This document shows positions 21,279 to 31,377 of a stretch of DNA of 64,000 nt, one piece after another. The translations under genes were made by a program, and so were the position numbers. Source of the DNA: an uncultured Spirochaetota bacterium (GTDB lineage Bacteria; Spirochaetota; Spirochaetia; SZUA-6; Fen-1364). Position 1 is the first letter of the stretch, and each line of letters starts with the position of its first letter. Where the stretch lies: contig CAVTHO010000005.1 in NCBI GenBank assembly GCA_963734545.1, forward strand, positions 288,001-352,000, written 5' to 3'. The notes below the pieces were generated by a model, which saw only the letters and a list, made by a program, of their open reading frames with translations, ran no database searches and was not told the DNA's origin.

Positions 21279-23126
21279 ATGCGGAAAATCCTGACAGCGC
21301 AGCTGCGCATTCCCGCAGTCTACGGGGGAGTCGTGCTCCTCCTTCTCCTCCTGGCGCTTTTCGCGCCCAGCTTTTCTCAAGGCGTCGGAGATGCCCGTGT
21401 TGCCGGCCGCTATGTTCTCTTCCCCCTTTTTCGCCCCCGCGCCCTCCAGAGTCTCACCCTCTCCTGGAACGGAATGGCGCTGCGATTCTCCCGATCGACC
21501 ACCCCTGCACTGGAAGGCTTCGAAACCGGAGATGCGGGAGTCGACATTATCCTTGCGCAGAATGTCCGCCTGCGCGTGATCCCGGGTCATGACCTCAGCG
21601 GATCACTCACGATTTCGCCCGTGGCTTCCTCCGCAGGGGCCGGCGCGGGGCCGCTCGTCATACCGTTCACACTGTCCGTTCCCGCACAGGAGCCGCCGGC
21701 AGGATCTGCCCTTTCGTGGGAGCGCGGCGGCCGCACCTACCTTCTGTCCCTGCCGCCGGGCGCGCGCGTCGACGCCGAATCGCATATTCTGACGCTGCCT
21801 CTCGACTCAAAGGAGATAAGCCTGCGTGTGGCCGGGGCACCGGTCCTTGCCGCGTCGGCGCGCGCGGGGCCGGGGAGAGCAGTTGCGCGGACATCGCAGC
21901 TCCCCGACGAGCAGTCGCTGCCGTCACTTGACCAGGTGCAGGCGGCTGTCGGGCGATATGTCGATGCGGCGTACGGCGGGTGGGCCGGGACGCGCTTTTC
22001 CCCGGAGGACGGGCTCTGGAAGATGCCTGATGGGAGCGCGAGGTTCTCGGATGACATCGGGGTGGGACTCCTTGCGGAGTCCATCTACCGCGGGACCTGG
22101 GACCGGCTCCTGCCTGTCTGGTCGGAGGCGATAGCACGCGAGCAGGATCGCGCCCCGGGCCAGAGGCTCAGCCTGCGCACGAGCCCGTACGCCGGAAACG
22201 TGCGCGACTACGTGCGGGCGCTCCAGTCACGGGCCGCGGCCGATGTCGAGCGCGCGCGCGGACTGCTGGCGAGATCGGATGCCTCGCTCTTCGCGATGAA
22301 CGGGCTCTCCACGCTGCTTGCGGATCACGGAACCCCCGGCCAGCTCCGGGCGGCGCGCACCTTCATGACGGCCGTGAGCGCCGCGCAGCTCGACACAGGC
22401 GCGGCGCTCGGTCTCCTGGACGGGCTCCTCACGTACGCGCAGGAGGCGGGCGCGGGAGCAACTGTGACGGACACCGACGCGGCCAGGGCCGCGCGCGAGC
22501 TTATTGACCGGAGGATCCTCCCTTCGGTGCGCGTCGCTGATGCCGGTCTTTTTCTTGAGTCCGGCACGACTGGCCAGACCGACGTGAGAGACAGCATCCG
22601 CTGCGGATCCCTTCTCCTGCGGGCAGGGACCGCGCTGGACTATTCGCGCGCCGCGGCCTTCGGCCGTGCCCTTCTTGCGGCGTCTCTCGGTCTTGCCGAT
22701 GAGACGGGATCCCTTCCGGGCACGCTCACCCTGTCAGCCGGACGAGTTGCCGCGCGCGCAGGCGTCCTGGCAGCCGAATCAGTGTACGAGCTGCTCCCGC
22801 TGGATCGTTACCTGCCGAGGGAGATTCCCCTCACCCTGCAGCTCGGCCCGGGCGCCTGGATCTGGACATCGGCCCGGATCGTATCCGCCGTGCGCTCGGA
22901 CGTGGAAGCCTCGCTGGTGGTCGCCTATCCCCGCGGTGTCGCCCACTACATGGCAATCCAGGGACTCGGGCCATTCACGCAGATCCGCCTGCATTCCATT
23001 CCCTGGCACAGCGATCCTTCCTATATGAAATACTCGGACGGCTGGGCATACGATACCGGGTCCGAAACGCTCTACCTCAAGCTGACGGGTCGGACCGCCC
23101 AGGAAGAGATCACTATCCGATTCTGA
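21279..23126 (+). CDS. Hypothetical membrane-anchored protein
   Basis: 615-aa ORF with an N-terminal TM segment; promoter TTGAAT-N17-TAGAAT directly upstream. Confidence 0.75.
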   Translation: MRKILTAQLRIPAVYGGVVLLLLLLALFAPSFSQGVGDARVAGRYVLFPLFRPRALQSLTLSWNGMALRFSRSTTPALEGFETGDAGVDIILAQNVRLRVIPGHDLSGSLTISPVASSAGAGAGPLVIPFTLSVPAQEPPAGSALSWERGGRTYLLSLPPGARVDAESHILTLPLDSKEISLRVAGAPVLAASARAGPGRAVARTSQLPDEQSLPSLDQVQAAVGRYVDAAYGGWAGTRFSPEDGLWKMPDGSARFSDDIGVGLLAESIYRGTWDRLLPVWSEAIAREQDRAPGQRLSLRTSPYAGNVRDYVRALQSRAAADVERARGLLARSDASLFAMNGLSTLLADHGTPGQLRAARTFMTAVSAAQLDTGAALGLLDGLLTYAQEAGAGATVTDTDAARAARELIDRRILPSVRVADAGLFLESGTTGQTDVRDSIRCGSLLLRAGTALDYSRAAAFGRALLAASLGLADETGSLPGTLTLSAGRVAARAGVLAAESVYELLPLDRYLPREIPLTLQLGPGAWIWTSARIVSAVRSDVEASLVVAYPRGVAHYMAIQGLGPFTQIRLHSIPWHSDPSYMKYSDGWAYDTGSETLYLKLTGRTAQEEITIRF

Positions 23127-23823
23127 TCCGGGAGGAGTTTCGGCCCAGCTCGCTTTCCAGCTCCCGGTACAAGTCATAAATGGTGCTCTGCAGCTCGCTC
23201 TTCAGCCTTTGCCGTTCCCGGGGGAAAGGCAGGCTCGCGTCGAATCGGATGGGTGCGCCGACCCTGATACCGCGGACCTTTCGATTGACGGCAACAGGAA
23301 GAAACTGGATGGCTTTCCTCGTCTTCTCGTAATAGAGCCTGGCCACATGGATGAATCCGGTGCGGAGCTCGCCGAGGACATCGTTGAATTTCTTCGAGGT
23401 ATCCTCTGCGAATACGAGGATATTCTTCCCCTGCTCCAGCAGTGCGAGGCTGGCGCGCATCGTGCTCCTTATCTTCCTGCTTCTTGCGTACACGGGTATC
23501 GCGCCGATGTCCCGCATGATCGCCACGCATACTCTTCCGATGACCTTTGCGAGATACCTGCTGAGCGGGGGCCGCAGGTGCAGCTCCTGCTCGAGAAACT
23601 CGGTCTGGATCCGGGGAGCAGCTGTCCTTATGTCAGTCACCTCGTGCGCCACCCAGGGGTACAGCTCTATCGGCAGGGAGGTGATGACCGAAACCGGCCC
23701 GAATGAGCCGACGTGGTTGGCGACCATGATGACAGGTTCGTCCCTCAGCAGTTTACTGCTTCCCCGCAGCCGGGAATTGAACAGGAGAAGGCGTACTACC
23801 TTGTAGAAACACCTTGCCACCAT
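23113..23823 (-). CDS. PlsC-like acyltransferase
   Basis: VANH, GAIPVY, ILVFAE motifs (divergent HX4D). Confidence 0.75.
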   Translation of the reverse strand: MVARCFYKVVRLLLFNSRLRGSSKLLRDEPVIMVANHVGSFGPVSVITSLPIELYPWVAHEVTDIRTAAPRIQTEFLEQELHLRPPLSRYLAKVIGRVCVAIMRDIGAIPVYARSRKIRSTMRASLALLEQGKNILVFAEDTSKKFNDVLGELRTGFIHVARLYYEKTRKAIQFLPVAVNRKVRGIRVGAPIRFDASLPFPRERQRLKSELQSTIYDLYRELESELGRNSSRIRIG

Positions 23824-23898
23824 CTGGGTCTACATAGACAACCTATGCAAACAGTAGTCTCCGTCCTGCTGAGCGTCAAGCGATGTGAGAGAGGGAGC

Positions 23899-24879
23899 TC
23901 ATGACGGGAGAGGTGTTTCGGACCGCGGGTCCCGGTCCACCAGGGCGTGAAGAAACAAGGGGATCGTAAAGAAAAGGAGAAGGCCGAGAGAGATCGCGAT
24001 GAGCTTGAAGAGGCCCATGTCCCCCCAGATGTTGCCTGCCGCGACAGCGCCGCCCACGATTCCCACGGCGATAAGTCCGACTGCCTTGAATGCCCTCTGA
24101 CGGATGCGTACGAACAGGGCGGTGGTCACGCCCAGCACCACGCAGAAATACGCCATCGCGGAGTCCCATCGGCTGAATCCTGCTTCCAGGCTCTGGAGCG
24201 CATTCAGGAAGTACCCCGAGGCCTGGGTGACGGTGATGATCCATATGCCCAGGACGGGAAGGGGAAGGAGCATGAGAGAGACGAGGATCCAGTCTCGTCT
24301 GGCAACGGTGACCGCCGTCGAGGCGAGCACCCAGATCGTGACCGTAAAAAGCACGGCGAGCGCGGCAAGCTGCCAGAGGGGAGCGGGCGTGCCGACTCCC
24401 TGCATGAGGAAGGAAACCGTTCGGGTCATGGGATCCACGGACATGTAGCTGGTGATCAGGAGCGGGACCACGGCATAGCCGACCCAGGAGTACAGCCAGT
24501 TCGGCGAGCCGCTTCGCCAGCCGAGCAGCGCGATGATGGAAATGGCGGCGAATGCCGCGCCCAGGAGCAACGGGTACCGCCAGACGTGGGTGGCAAACAG
24601 CGCTGCCACGATCAGGTGCGGTTGACAGCCGATCAGCGCCTCTGTCCAGCTGCCCCCGCTGTACGCTTCGTACATCATACGGGCGATGGAACGCGCATCG
24701 CCGAATGACAGGAGAGCCTCGCGCGTCGCCTCGACCTGGGAGACGCCCTGGTCCTCCAGCTCGCTCAGCTTTTCCTGGAAGTGGGTATGCAGCTCGGAGA
24801 TCACCCGCCGCTCCGTTCGGGGATCGAGGTGGAGATGCGTCCGTACTTGGTCGAGATAGTGACGGACCTCGGTCTGCAT
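23899..24879 (-). CDS. HAAS/permease-prefix domain membrane protein
   Basis: YL...ELHTHFQE...FGDARSIAR N-domain plus ~7 TM segments; follows padR. Confidence 0.75.
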   Translation of the reverse strand: MQTEVRHYLDQVRTHLHLDPRTERRVISELHTHFQEKLSELEDQGVSQVEATREALLSFGDARSIARMMYEAYSGGSWTEALIGCQPHLIVAALFATHVWRYPLLLGAAFAAISIIALLGWRSGSPNWLYSWVGYAVVPLLITSYMSVDPMTRTVSFLMQGVGTPAPLWQLAALAVLFTVTIWVLASTAVTVARRDWILVSLMLLPLPVLGIWIITVTQASGYFLNALQSLEAGFSRWDSAMAYFCVVLGVTTALFVRIRQRAFKAVGLIAVGIVGGAVAAGNIWGDMGLFKLIAISLGLLLFFTIPLFLHALVDRDPRSETPLPS

Positions 24880-24889
24880 CGAGTGCTCC

Positions 24890-25243
24890 CTACAGCTCCA
24901 TTGGTTTCATCACGAGCGCCATGGCGCTCGCAAAGCTCTGCCACATGACCAGCTTCTGCCTGAGGAGCTCGCGCCCCGCTTCCGTCATGGAGTAGTAGCG
25001 CCGCTCCTGCCCGTTGGGCAGCTTCTTCCATTCACCCTGGATCAGGCCGTCGTTCTCCAGCTTGCGAAGGGCAGGGTACACCGTCCCTTCCTTGAAGCGG
25101 AAGTAACCCTTGCTTCTCTCCGCGATTTCCTTGATCAACCGATAGCCGTAGGTCTGGCCCCGCTCGTTGATAAGGAAAAGGAGAAGGGAATCCGTGTTGC
25201 CGCGAAGGAGATCTGGATTGTATTCTCGGGACCCGTCCGCCAT
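24890..25243 (-). CDS. PadR family transcriptional regulator
   Basis: YGYRLIKEI, EGTVYPALRKLE, RRYYSMTEAG. Confidence 0.93.
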   Translation of the reverse strand: MADGSREYNPDLLRGNTDSLLLFLINERGQTYGYRLIKEIAERSKGYFRFKEGTVYPALRKLENDGLIQGEWKKLPNGQERRYYSMTEAGRELLRQKLVMWQSFASAMALVMKPMEL

Positions 25244-25312
25244 ATAACTACCCTTTCCATCCTTTCATGATCCACTTCCTAGACTTGCTTCATGGTAATG
25301 ACGGGCAAACTT

Positions 25313-25328
25313 TGGTGTCAAGACACCA
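25313..25328. promoter_or_regulatory. Palindromic operator candidate over the padR -35
   Basis: TGGTGTC-AA-GACACCA; minus-strand TTGACA-N18-TACCAT. Confidence 0.5.
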
Positions 25329-25366
25329 TAAACGCGGCGCCCTTCGCCATCGCGGCCGCTCCTGGC

Positions 25367-25475
25367 GGCATTCCCTGCCCATGGGCGCCTTCCGTACTTC
25401 CCTGTACCCGGCGCCCTTCGCCATCCAACGCCGCGCCCGACGCGCTCGCGCGTCATTTTGGCGCGGCAGGGCTAC
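25367..25475 (-). repeat. GTAG-hairpin / GGA-loop element, locus 1
   Basis: GTAGCCCT-[hairpin]-GTTGGATG followed by GGGCGCC-GG-GTAC-AGGGAA-GTAC-GGAA-GGCGCCC. Confidence 0.65.
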
Positions 25476-25493
25476 GGGTGTATACTCCGGACT

Positions 25494-25983
25494 GTGAAAG
25501 GCAAGAAAAAGACGGATGCCGGTCGCGCGAAGCTCGAAAAGGAGCTTCGAGAGGCACTGAGTGAAATCGACGAGGAAGGCCTGCTCTTCCTTCTTCGCCA
25601 GGCGCAGGTCCTGATCTACAACGCCACGGGTTGACCGGATCAACCAGGAAGCCACCCGGTTGAAAGCGGGGAAACCGCAGCCAGTCAAAGAAGCGCGGGA
25701 AGCGCCGCTCGGAGTCTCCATCGAGGAATCAGACGACGGCAAGAGCATTTTCCTCACGCTGGGAAAGGCGCGAAAAGTGCTGGCGCCGGCGGAGATGCGT
25801 CAGATCGTCCGAATCTGCTACGCGGCGGAGACGAAAAGCGAGGCGCTGCGCCAGCTTTTCACGGTTCTGGCCCGGGAGCGGAAGGATATTCTGGCAGACG
25901 CAATGATCGGCAATCCCGACAATCCTCTGCTCGTCGCTCTGTTCACCACGGTGCGGAACACCTACCGTCTGAAGGACGCGTAG
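25494..25983 (+). CDS. Hypothetical protein; frameshift near 25630
   Basis: VKGKKK...DEEGLLFLLRQAQVLIYN joins ORF 25660..25983 if one G is removed. Confidence 0.65.
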
Positions 25984-26146
25984 CGCCGTCCGACCCGCGC
26001 GAACGCGTCCCTGACGTACGGCCTTCCGCAGGCTCTCGGCGTTTGCGCGCAAACGCTCCGCCCTATGCATCCATGTGCTCGGCCGAACTCGTCATCCTTG
26101 TCTACGCTTGCAACGGGTCTCGAATCCTTCTATTCTGAAAAACGTC

Positions 26147-26692
26147 GTGGCGCATCCGGACATCGAAGGAAGATACTTCCTCTCTTACGCGCACATCCAC
26201 CTGAGCGTGCGGGCCCTGGCGGGACAGATAATCGCATCAGGGTTCGAGCCGGACCTGATCGTTGCCATAGGGACCGGCGGGTTCATCCCTGCCCGCATCC
26301 TCAAGACATTCATAAAGAAGCCGATCCTCACGGTCGGCATCTCCTACTACGGACCGGACAACAAGCCTGCAACGAGTCCCCACACGATCCAATGGATCGA
26401 TGAGGTGGAACAGAAACTCTCGGGGAAGAGAGTCCTGCTGGTGGACGAGGTGGACGATTCCCGCGTCACGCTGGAGTACTGCCTGCGGGAGTTGCTGCGG
26501 CACCGGCCGGCAGAGATCGCGGTGGCCGTTCTCCACAACAAGAAGAAGGAAAAACGGGGAAAGATCCCTCCGGAGGTCCGCCGCTATTTTGCAGGCGAAG
26601 AGCTCGACGACAAGTGGATCTGCTACCCCTGGGATGCGCTGGACATCACCGCGCATGAAAAAATTTCCAACTCGGGCATGGCCGCGTACTGA
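26147..26692 (+). CDS. Purine phosphoribosyltransferase (hypoxanthine/xanthine type)
   Basis: IGTGGFIPARIL, VLLVDEVDDSRVTL, WICYPW. Confidence 0.88.
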   Translation: MAHPDIEGRYFLSYAHIHLSVRALAGQIIASGFEPDLIVAIGTGGFIPARILKTFIKKPILTVGISYYGPDNKPATSPHTIQWIDEVEQKLSGKRVLLVDEVDDSRVTLEYCLRELLRHRPAEIAVAVLHNKKKEKRGKIPPEVRRYFAGEELDDKWICYPWDALDITAHEKISNSGMAAY

Positions 26693-26701
26693 GAGCCGCC
26701 C

Positions 26702-28495
26702 ATGGGTATGGAAACATTCTGGCTGAAGGACTCGCGAAAACTGGTCGACGTGGCAGTAGGCCGCAAGCCGGCCGACCTTGTCGTGCGTGATGGGGCGTGG
26801 GTGTGTGTGCAGTCCGGTGAGATCGTGCCGCACACGGACATCGCGATTGCCGGTCACCGCATCGCTTACGTGGGACCCGACGCCCGGCACGCGGTCGGCC
26901 CGCAGACCGAAGTGATCGAGGCGAAAGGCCGCTACATGGTCCCCGGACTGCTGGACGGCCACATGCACGTGGAGTCCGGCATGCTGACGGTGACCGAGTT
27001 CGTCCGCGCCGTCATCCCCCATGGCACGACGGGCATGTTCGTGGATCCCCACGAGATCGCCAACGTCCTGGGCCTTCGCGGCGTGCGCCTCATGGTGGAC
27101 GAGGCAGCCCAGCAGCCGATCCATGTCTTTGTCCAGGTGCCCAGCTGTGTTCCTTCCGCGCCCGGATTGGAAACCCCCGGGGCGGTCATCGGGCCGGCGG
27201 AAATCGAGGAAGCGCTCACCTGGCCGGGGATCATCGGCCTCGGAGAGATGATGAACTTTCCCGGAGTGTGCGCCGGCAACGACAAGGTCCACGCGGAGAT
27301 GGCGGCGACCCGTCAGGCGGAAAAGGTGATCGGCGGCCACTACGCGTCCCCGGACCTGGGTCTGCCTTTCCATGGGTATGCGGCGGGAGGGGCGCAGGAC
27401 GACCATGAGGGGACGCGGGTGGAGGACGCGGTTGCCCGCATCCGACAGGGGATGCGCGTGATGCTGCGGTACGGGTCCGCGTGGCACGATGTGGCGGCCC
27501 AATTGCCGGCCATCAACGGTCTTGGTCTCGACACGCGCCACTTCATTCTCTGCACGGATGACTCGCATTCCGAGACCCTTGTGCGCGAAGGTCACATGGA
27601 CCGGGTCCTGCGTCACGCCATCGGGGAGGGGCTCGACCCCCTGGCTGCCGTCCAGATGGCCACGCTCAACACGGCGGAGCACTTCGGTGTCAGCCGGGAC
27701 ATGGGACAGCTTGCCCCGGGGCGCTACGCCGACATTCTCCTGGTGAGTGACCTGCGCGATTTCCGGCCGCAGACGGTCATGGTCCGCGGAAAGGTCGCCG
27801 CGGAAGACGGAAAGCTGTTGACAGACCTGCCCTCGACGACCTACCCGGAATGGGCGATGCATACGATCCACCTTCTGCGTCCCGCGGCGGCGGCGGATTT
27901 CAGGCTGGATGCGCGGATGCGCGGAGAGGAAGTCACGGCGCACGTGATCGGCGTGATAGAAAACCAGGCCCCGACGCGCCACCTCGTGCTGAAGATGCGC
28001 ACGCGGGACGGCCATGTGCCGGCGGACATCGAGCGGGACATCGCAAAGATTGCTGTGCTCGACAGGCACCACGCATCGGGCAGCGTGCGCGTGGGACTCG
28101 TGCAGGGATTCGGCTTCCGCGCCCGGTGCGCGGTTGCCAGCACGGTCGCCCACGATTGCCACCAGATAATCGTCGCGGGTACGGACGAGGAGATGATGGC
28201 GCGGGCCGTCAATGAGCTTGCCGCGTGTGACGGAGGCCAGATCGTCGTGAAGGATGGTGAAGTGATCGGGAAGGTTTCCCTCCCCATCGCGGGGCTGATG
28301 TCCAATCTGCCGGCACCGGGCGTTGCGCAGGCTGCCGGCACCGTGCTCGCAGGATTCAGGGAATGCGGGTGCACGCTGAACAATCCCAACATGCAGCTCA
28401 GCCTCCTGGGACTCGTTGTCATCCCCGAGCTTCGGCTTTCCGATCTGGGATTGATCGACGTGCACGGATTCAACATCATTCGGGTCCTTGATTGA
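26702..28495 (+). CDS. ade: Adenine deaminase
   Basis: DGHMHVES, DPHEIANV, EMMNFPG, DHE, CTDD, AHDCH. Confidence 0.95.
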   Translation: MGMETFWLKDSRKLVDVAVGRKPADLVVRDGAWVCVQSGEIVPHTDIAIAGHRIAYVGPDARHAVGPQTEVIEAKGRYMVPGLLDGHMHVESGMLTVTEFVRAVIPHGTTGMFVDPHEIANVLGLRGVRLMVDEAAQQPIHVFVQVPSCVPSAPGLETPGAVIGPAEIEEALTWPGIIGLGEMMNFPGVCAGNDKVHAEMAATRQAEKVIGGHYASPDLGLPFHGYAAGGAQDDHEGTRVEDAVARIRQGMRVMLRYGSAWHDVAAQLPAINGLGLDTRHFILCTDDSHSETLVREGHMDRVLRHAIGEGLDPLAAVQMATLNTAEHFGVSRDMGQLAPGRYADILLVSDLRDFRPQTVMVRGKVAAEDGKLLTDLPSTTYPEWAMHTIHLLRPAAAADFRLDARMRGEEVTAHVIGVIENQAPTRHLVLKMRTRDGHVPADIERDIAKIAVLDRHHASGSVRVGLVQGFGFRARCAVASTVAHDCHQIIVAGTDEEMMARAVNELAACDGGQIVVKDGEVIGKVSLPIAGLMSNLPAPGVAQAAGTVLAGFRECGCTLNNPNMQLSLLGLVVIPELRLSDLGLIDVHGFNIIRVLD

Positions 28496-29337
28496 CCATC
28501 GCCCTCCTGAGCGATTTCGGCACTCGTGACGTCTTTGTAGGAGTGATGAAAGGCGTCATCACGCAGATTGCGCCCCATGCCCGGCTGATCGACCTGACCC
28601 ACGAAATTCCGCCCGGCGATGTGCGCGCGGCGGCACTCAGGTTGTGGCAGGCAGGTCCGTTCATGCCCCGGGGCACGATATTTCTTGCCGTGGTGGACCA
28701 GGGGGTTGGATCCGAGCGCGCAGCAGTGGCCGTCTCCACGGATCGTTTCACATGTGTGGGCCCTGACAACGGTTTGTTCACTTTCCTGCTCTCTCAGGCA
28801 GGCAGGGCCCGCGCCGTAGAAATCAGATCGGACGCCGCTCAGGCAGAGCGCGGCAGCAGCACCTTTCACGGCAGGGACATATTCGCGCCTGCCGCGGCAC
28901 GCCTTGCGGCTGGAACCCCGCTCACCGAGCTGGGGCCGGCTGTAGGAGAGCTGAAGCGGCTTGCCTATCCCCGGCTGGAGCTGCCCGGAAAAGGTGCAGA
29001 CCCACCGAGTGTCCGCGGGGAAATCCTTCTCTCTGACCACTTCGGGAACCTCATCACGAGCATCGGCGTCCTCCGATACACCCGGGACGCGGTGAGACTG
29101 GAGCCATGGATTCCAGAATGCCCCGGGACTCGCCTCCCGCTGGCCAGGCTGGCCGTGCGCCTGGGGACCAGCACGGACATTCCCTTTGTACGGACGTACA
29201 GCGATGTGCCAAGGGGATCGCCCCTTGCGTACGTGGGAAGCAGTGGGCTCCTCGAGGTCGGTGTGAACGACGGCAGAGCTATCGATCTGTTTCAGACCGC
29301 GACCGGAGCCGAGGTGCTTCTGCACCAGGCAGAGTAG
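28492..29337 (+). CDS. SAM hydroxide adenosyltransferase (DUF62 family)
   Basis: LSDFG, DLTH, GPDNG, STFHGRDIFAP, DHFGNL. Confidence 0.92.
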   Translation: MTIALLSDFGTRDVFVGVMKGVITQIAPHARLIDLTHEIPPGDVRAAALRLWQAGPFMPRGTIFLAVVDQGVGSERAAVAVSTDRFTCVGPDNGLFTFLLSQAGRARAVEIRSDAAQAERGSSTFHGRDIFAPAAARLAAGTPLTELGPAVGELKRLAYPRLELPGKGADPPSVRGEILLSDHFGNLITSIGVLRYTRDAVRLEPWIPECPGTRLPLARLAVRLGTSTDIPFVRTYSDVPRGSPLAYVGSSGLLEVGVNDGRAIDLFQTATGAEVLLHQAE

Positions 29338-29425
29338 CTGGGATAGCCGAGTACCACTGCCGGACTTCTTGACGTCTCCTCTGCTGCTGACTAGGCTTGG
29401 CATTGTATCGCAGAAGGGGGGTGCA

Positions 29426-31330
29426 GTGAAAACTCAAAAGAACCTTCCTTGTGTGTTTTTCGTCATTCTTGTTCCCCTGCTTGTTCTTGGATGCAAGAGC
29501 CTTGCCACGGACGCAGACGGCCGAAACCTGGTTGTCAACCCGGACTTCGAGTCCACGGTCCCCGGCCAAGGGCCGGTCGCGTGGTATACGTGGCAGAAGC
29601 TCGACGGGTCCGCTTTTCGGGTGGTCGATGACCAGAGCCTCGCGCACACCGGAACGAAATGCGTTGCGATAGAGCAGAGCAACGTCGATCAGCGCAACTA
29701 CGCGGTATGGGGGCAGGAAGTTCCGGCCAAGGCCCGCACGACATACAGGTACAGTTTCTGGATCAAGACCGACGATGTCCGGCCGTTGACTCCGTACAAC
29801 GAGGTTTTCCCTTCGTCGGGCGGGACAGTCGGATTCCTCGATTCGAACCGAAAGGAGCTCTCGTCGGAACCGGCATTCCCAGGATCTGCCCGCGTTTTCA
29901 TGACGCACGACTGGCAGAAATTCGAAATCAGCTTTGTCACGCCGAATGAAACCGCATTCGTCAGGATCGGCCTGGCTCTCGGGAACGCGGTCGGTACGGT
30001 CTACTTCGATTCTGTCTCGTTGGGCGTTTCATCCTTCCGGCAAATCCCTTCGCCCCATTGGCTGCGTGATGCGATCATCTATGAATTGGGCCCGTGGGAG
30101 TTTTCGTCATTTAGCGGCAGCAAGGCCTACGCCGGGATCACACGCAAGCTGCCGGAGCTGGAAACCCTTGGCGTGAACCTGTTGTATCTCCTGCCCCTCT
30201 GGGAAGACTCGGGCTGGTACAGGATCACGGATCATTTTACGTTGTTCCGAAAGTATGGCACGGAGCAGGAGCTCAGAGCCCTGGTCGACGAAGCTCATCG
30301 AAGCGGGATGAAAGTGATATTCGACCTCGCGGGGACTGTCGGCGTCCCGCTGGAATCGAGGCTCATACGTGAGCATCCCGAGTGGTTCATTCTCGGCGGC
30401 GACAACACTCGCTACCGCAGCTGGATGGAGCTCTACGGGCTGGATACGAATCACCCCGATGTACAGCAGTATTTCATCGAGTTCGCGAAATACAACGTCG
30501 AACGCTTCGACATCGATGGGTATCGTTGCGACATGCCCATGGTGTCCCCGTACGAAATGTACGAGAGAATAAGGCACGCAATCCAGCAGATCAAGCCTGA
30601 AGCGATCCTGATCGCCGAAGATACCGCCCCTATCGACAACGAGACGGCCTTTGACGCCACATATGATTTTCCCTTCCTGAGTCGGATATCGTCCTTGCTG
30701 TCCGATCCTCATGACGCCGACAAAACCGTTCGGTGGCTGGAGGCGAAAAGAGATTGGTATCCTCCCGGCGCCCTTCACCTGAGGTACCTGGAAAGTCACG
30801 ACCTCACCTACACTATTTCATCGAAATTCGGGTTGGCCGGCTCGCAAGCATTCGCGACTCTTCTTTTCACGATTGACGGGATCCCCATGATCTACAATGG
30901 ACAGGAGGTGGGAAACCGGGAGCCTCAGACCGATTGGTGGAAGCCGCCGATAGACTGGAACGGGAACCCTGACGCTGCACGCTACAGGGAGATGTACACC
31001 ACGCTGACTCACATGCGCGCGCGCTATGCAGCTCTTCGGGAAGGATCGCTGGTTGCTCTTTCCAGCTCCGACGACAGGGTTGCCGCCTTTGCCCGGGTGC
31101 TGCCCGGCGAGCAAACGATCCTGACGGTCATCAATTTCTCGGACTCGACGCTTGATACACGTCTGGATCTCTCTCAGGGAGCGGCAGGGATATCTGGCGG
31201 GCTCGACCTGCTCGACCTGCTCGACAACGCTCGATTCGCGATCACCAACCCTCGGTCTTTTTCCATGACGCTGGAACCCTATCAGTCACGCATCCTTTTG
31301 GTATTGCTGAACGAGCAGAGCACGCAATAG
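29426..31330 (+). CDS. Lipoprotein with a CBM4/9-like domain and GH13 alpha-amylase catalytic domain
   Basis: VLGC lipobox; NLVVNPDFE; DGYRCD, AED, YLESHD, GIPMIYNGQE. Confidence 0.85.
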   Translation: MKTQKNLPCVFFVILVPLLVLGCKSLATDADGRNLVVNPDFESTVPGQGPVAWYTWQKLDGSAFRVVDDQSLAHTGTKCVAIEQSNVDQRNYAVWGQEVPAKARTTYRYSFWIKTDDVRPLTPYNEVFPSSGGTVGFLDSNRKELSSEPAFPGSARVFMTHDWQKFEISFVTPNETAFVRIGLALGNAVGTVYFDSVSLGVSSFRQIPSPHWLRDAIIYELGPWEFSSFSGSKAYAGITRKLPELETLGVNLLYLLPLWEDSGWYRITDHFTLFRKYGTEQELRALVDEAHRSGMKVIFDLAGTVGVPLESRLIREHPEWFILGGDNTRYRSWMELYGLDTNHPDVQQYFIEFAKYNVERFDIDGYRCDMPMVSPYEMYERIRHAIQQIKPEAILIAEDTAPIDNETAFDATYDFPFLSRISSLLSDPHDADKTVRWLEAKRDWYPPGALHLRYLESHDLTYTISSKFGLAGSQAFATLLFTIDGIPMIYNGQEVGNREPQTDWWKPPIDWNGNPDAARYREMYTTLTHMRARYAALREGSLVALSSSDDRVAAFARVLPGEQTILTVINFSDSTLDTRLDLSQGAAGISGGLDLLDLLDNARFAITNPRSFSMTLEPYQSRILLVLLNEQSTQ

Positions 31331-31377
31331 GAAGTGCATCACACCAGGCGTCCATCCAGGGGGAGCTCCCGCCGGGC

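Noticed and set aside
25620-25660. TGA read-through or selenocysteine recoding
   Set aside because: The coding sequence resumes in a different frame, which fits an extra G rather than stop read-through.
26237-28465. Long antisense ORFs (also 1384-2862, 19605-21266, 39346-41286, 45309-47066)
   Set aside because: These are shadow frames of well-supported genes in GC-rich DNA with no recognisable motifs.
28492-29337. Fluorinase or chlorinase
   Set aside because: It keeps the FHGRD His typical of DUF62 hydrolases and there is no halometabolite cluster nearby.
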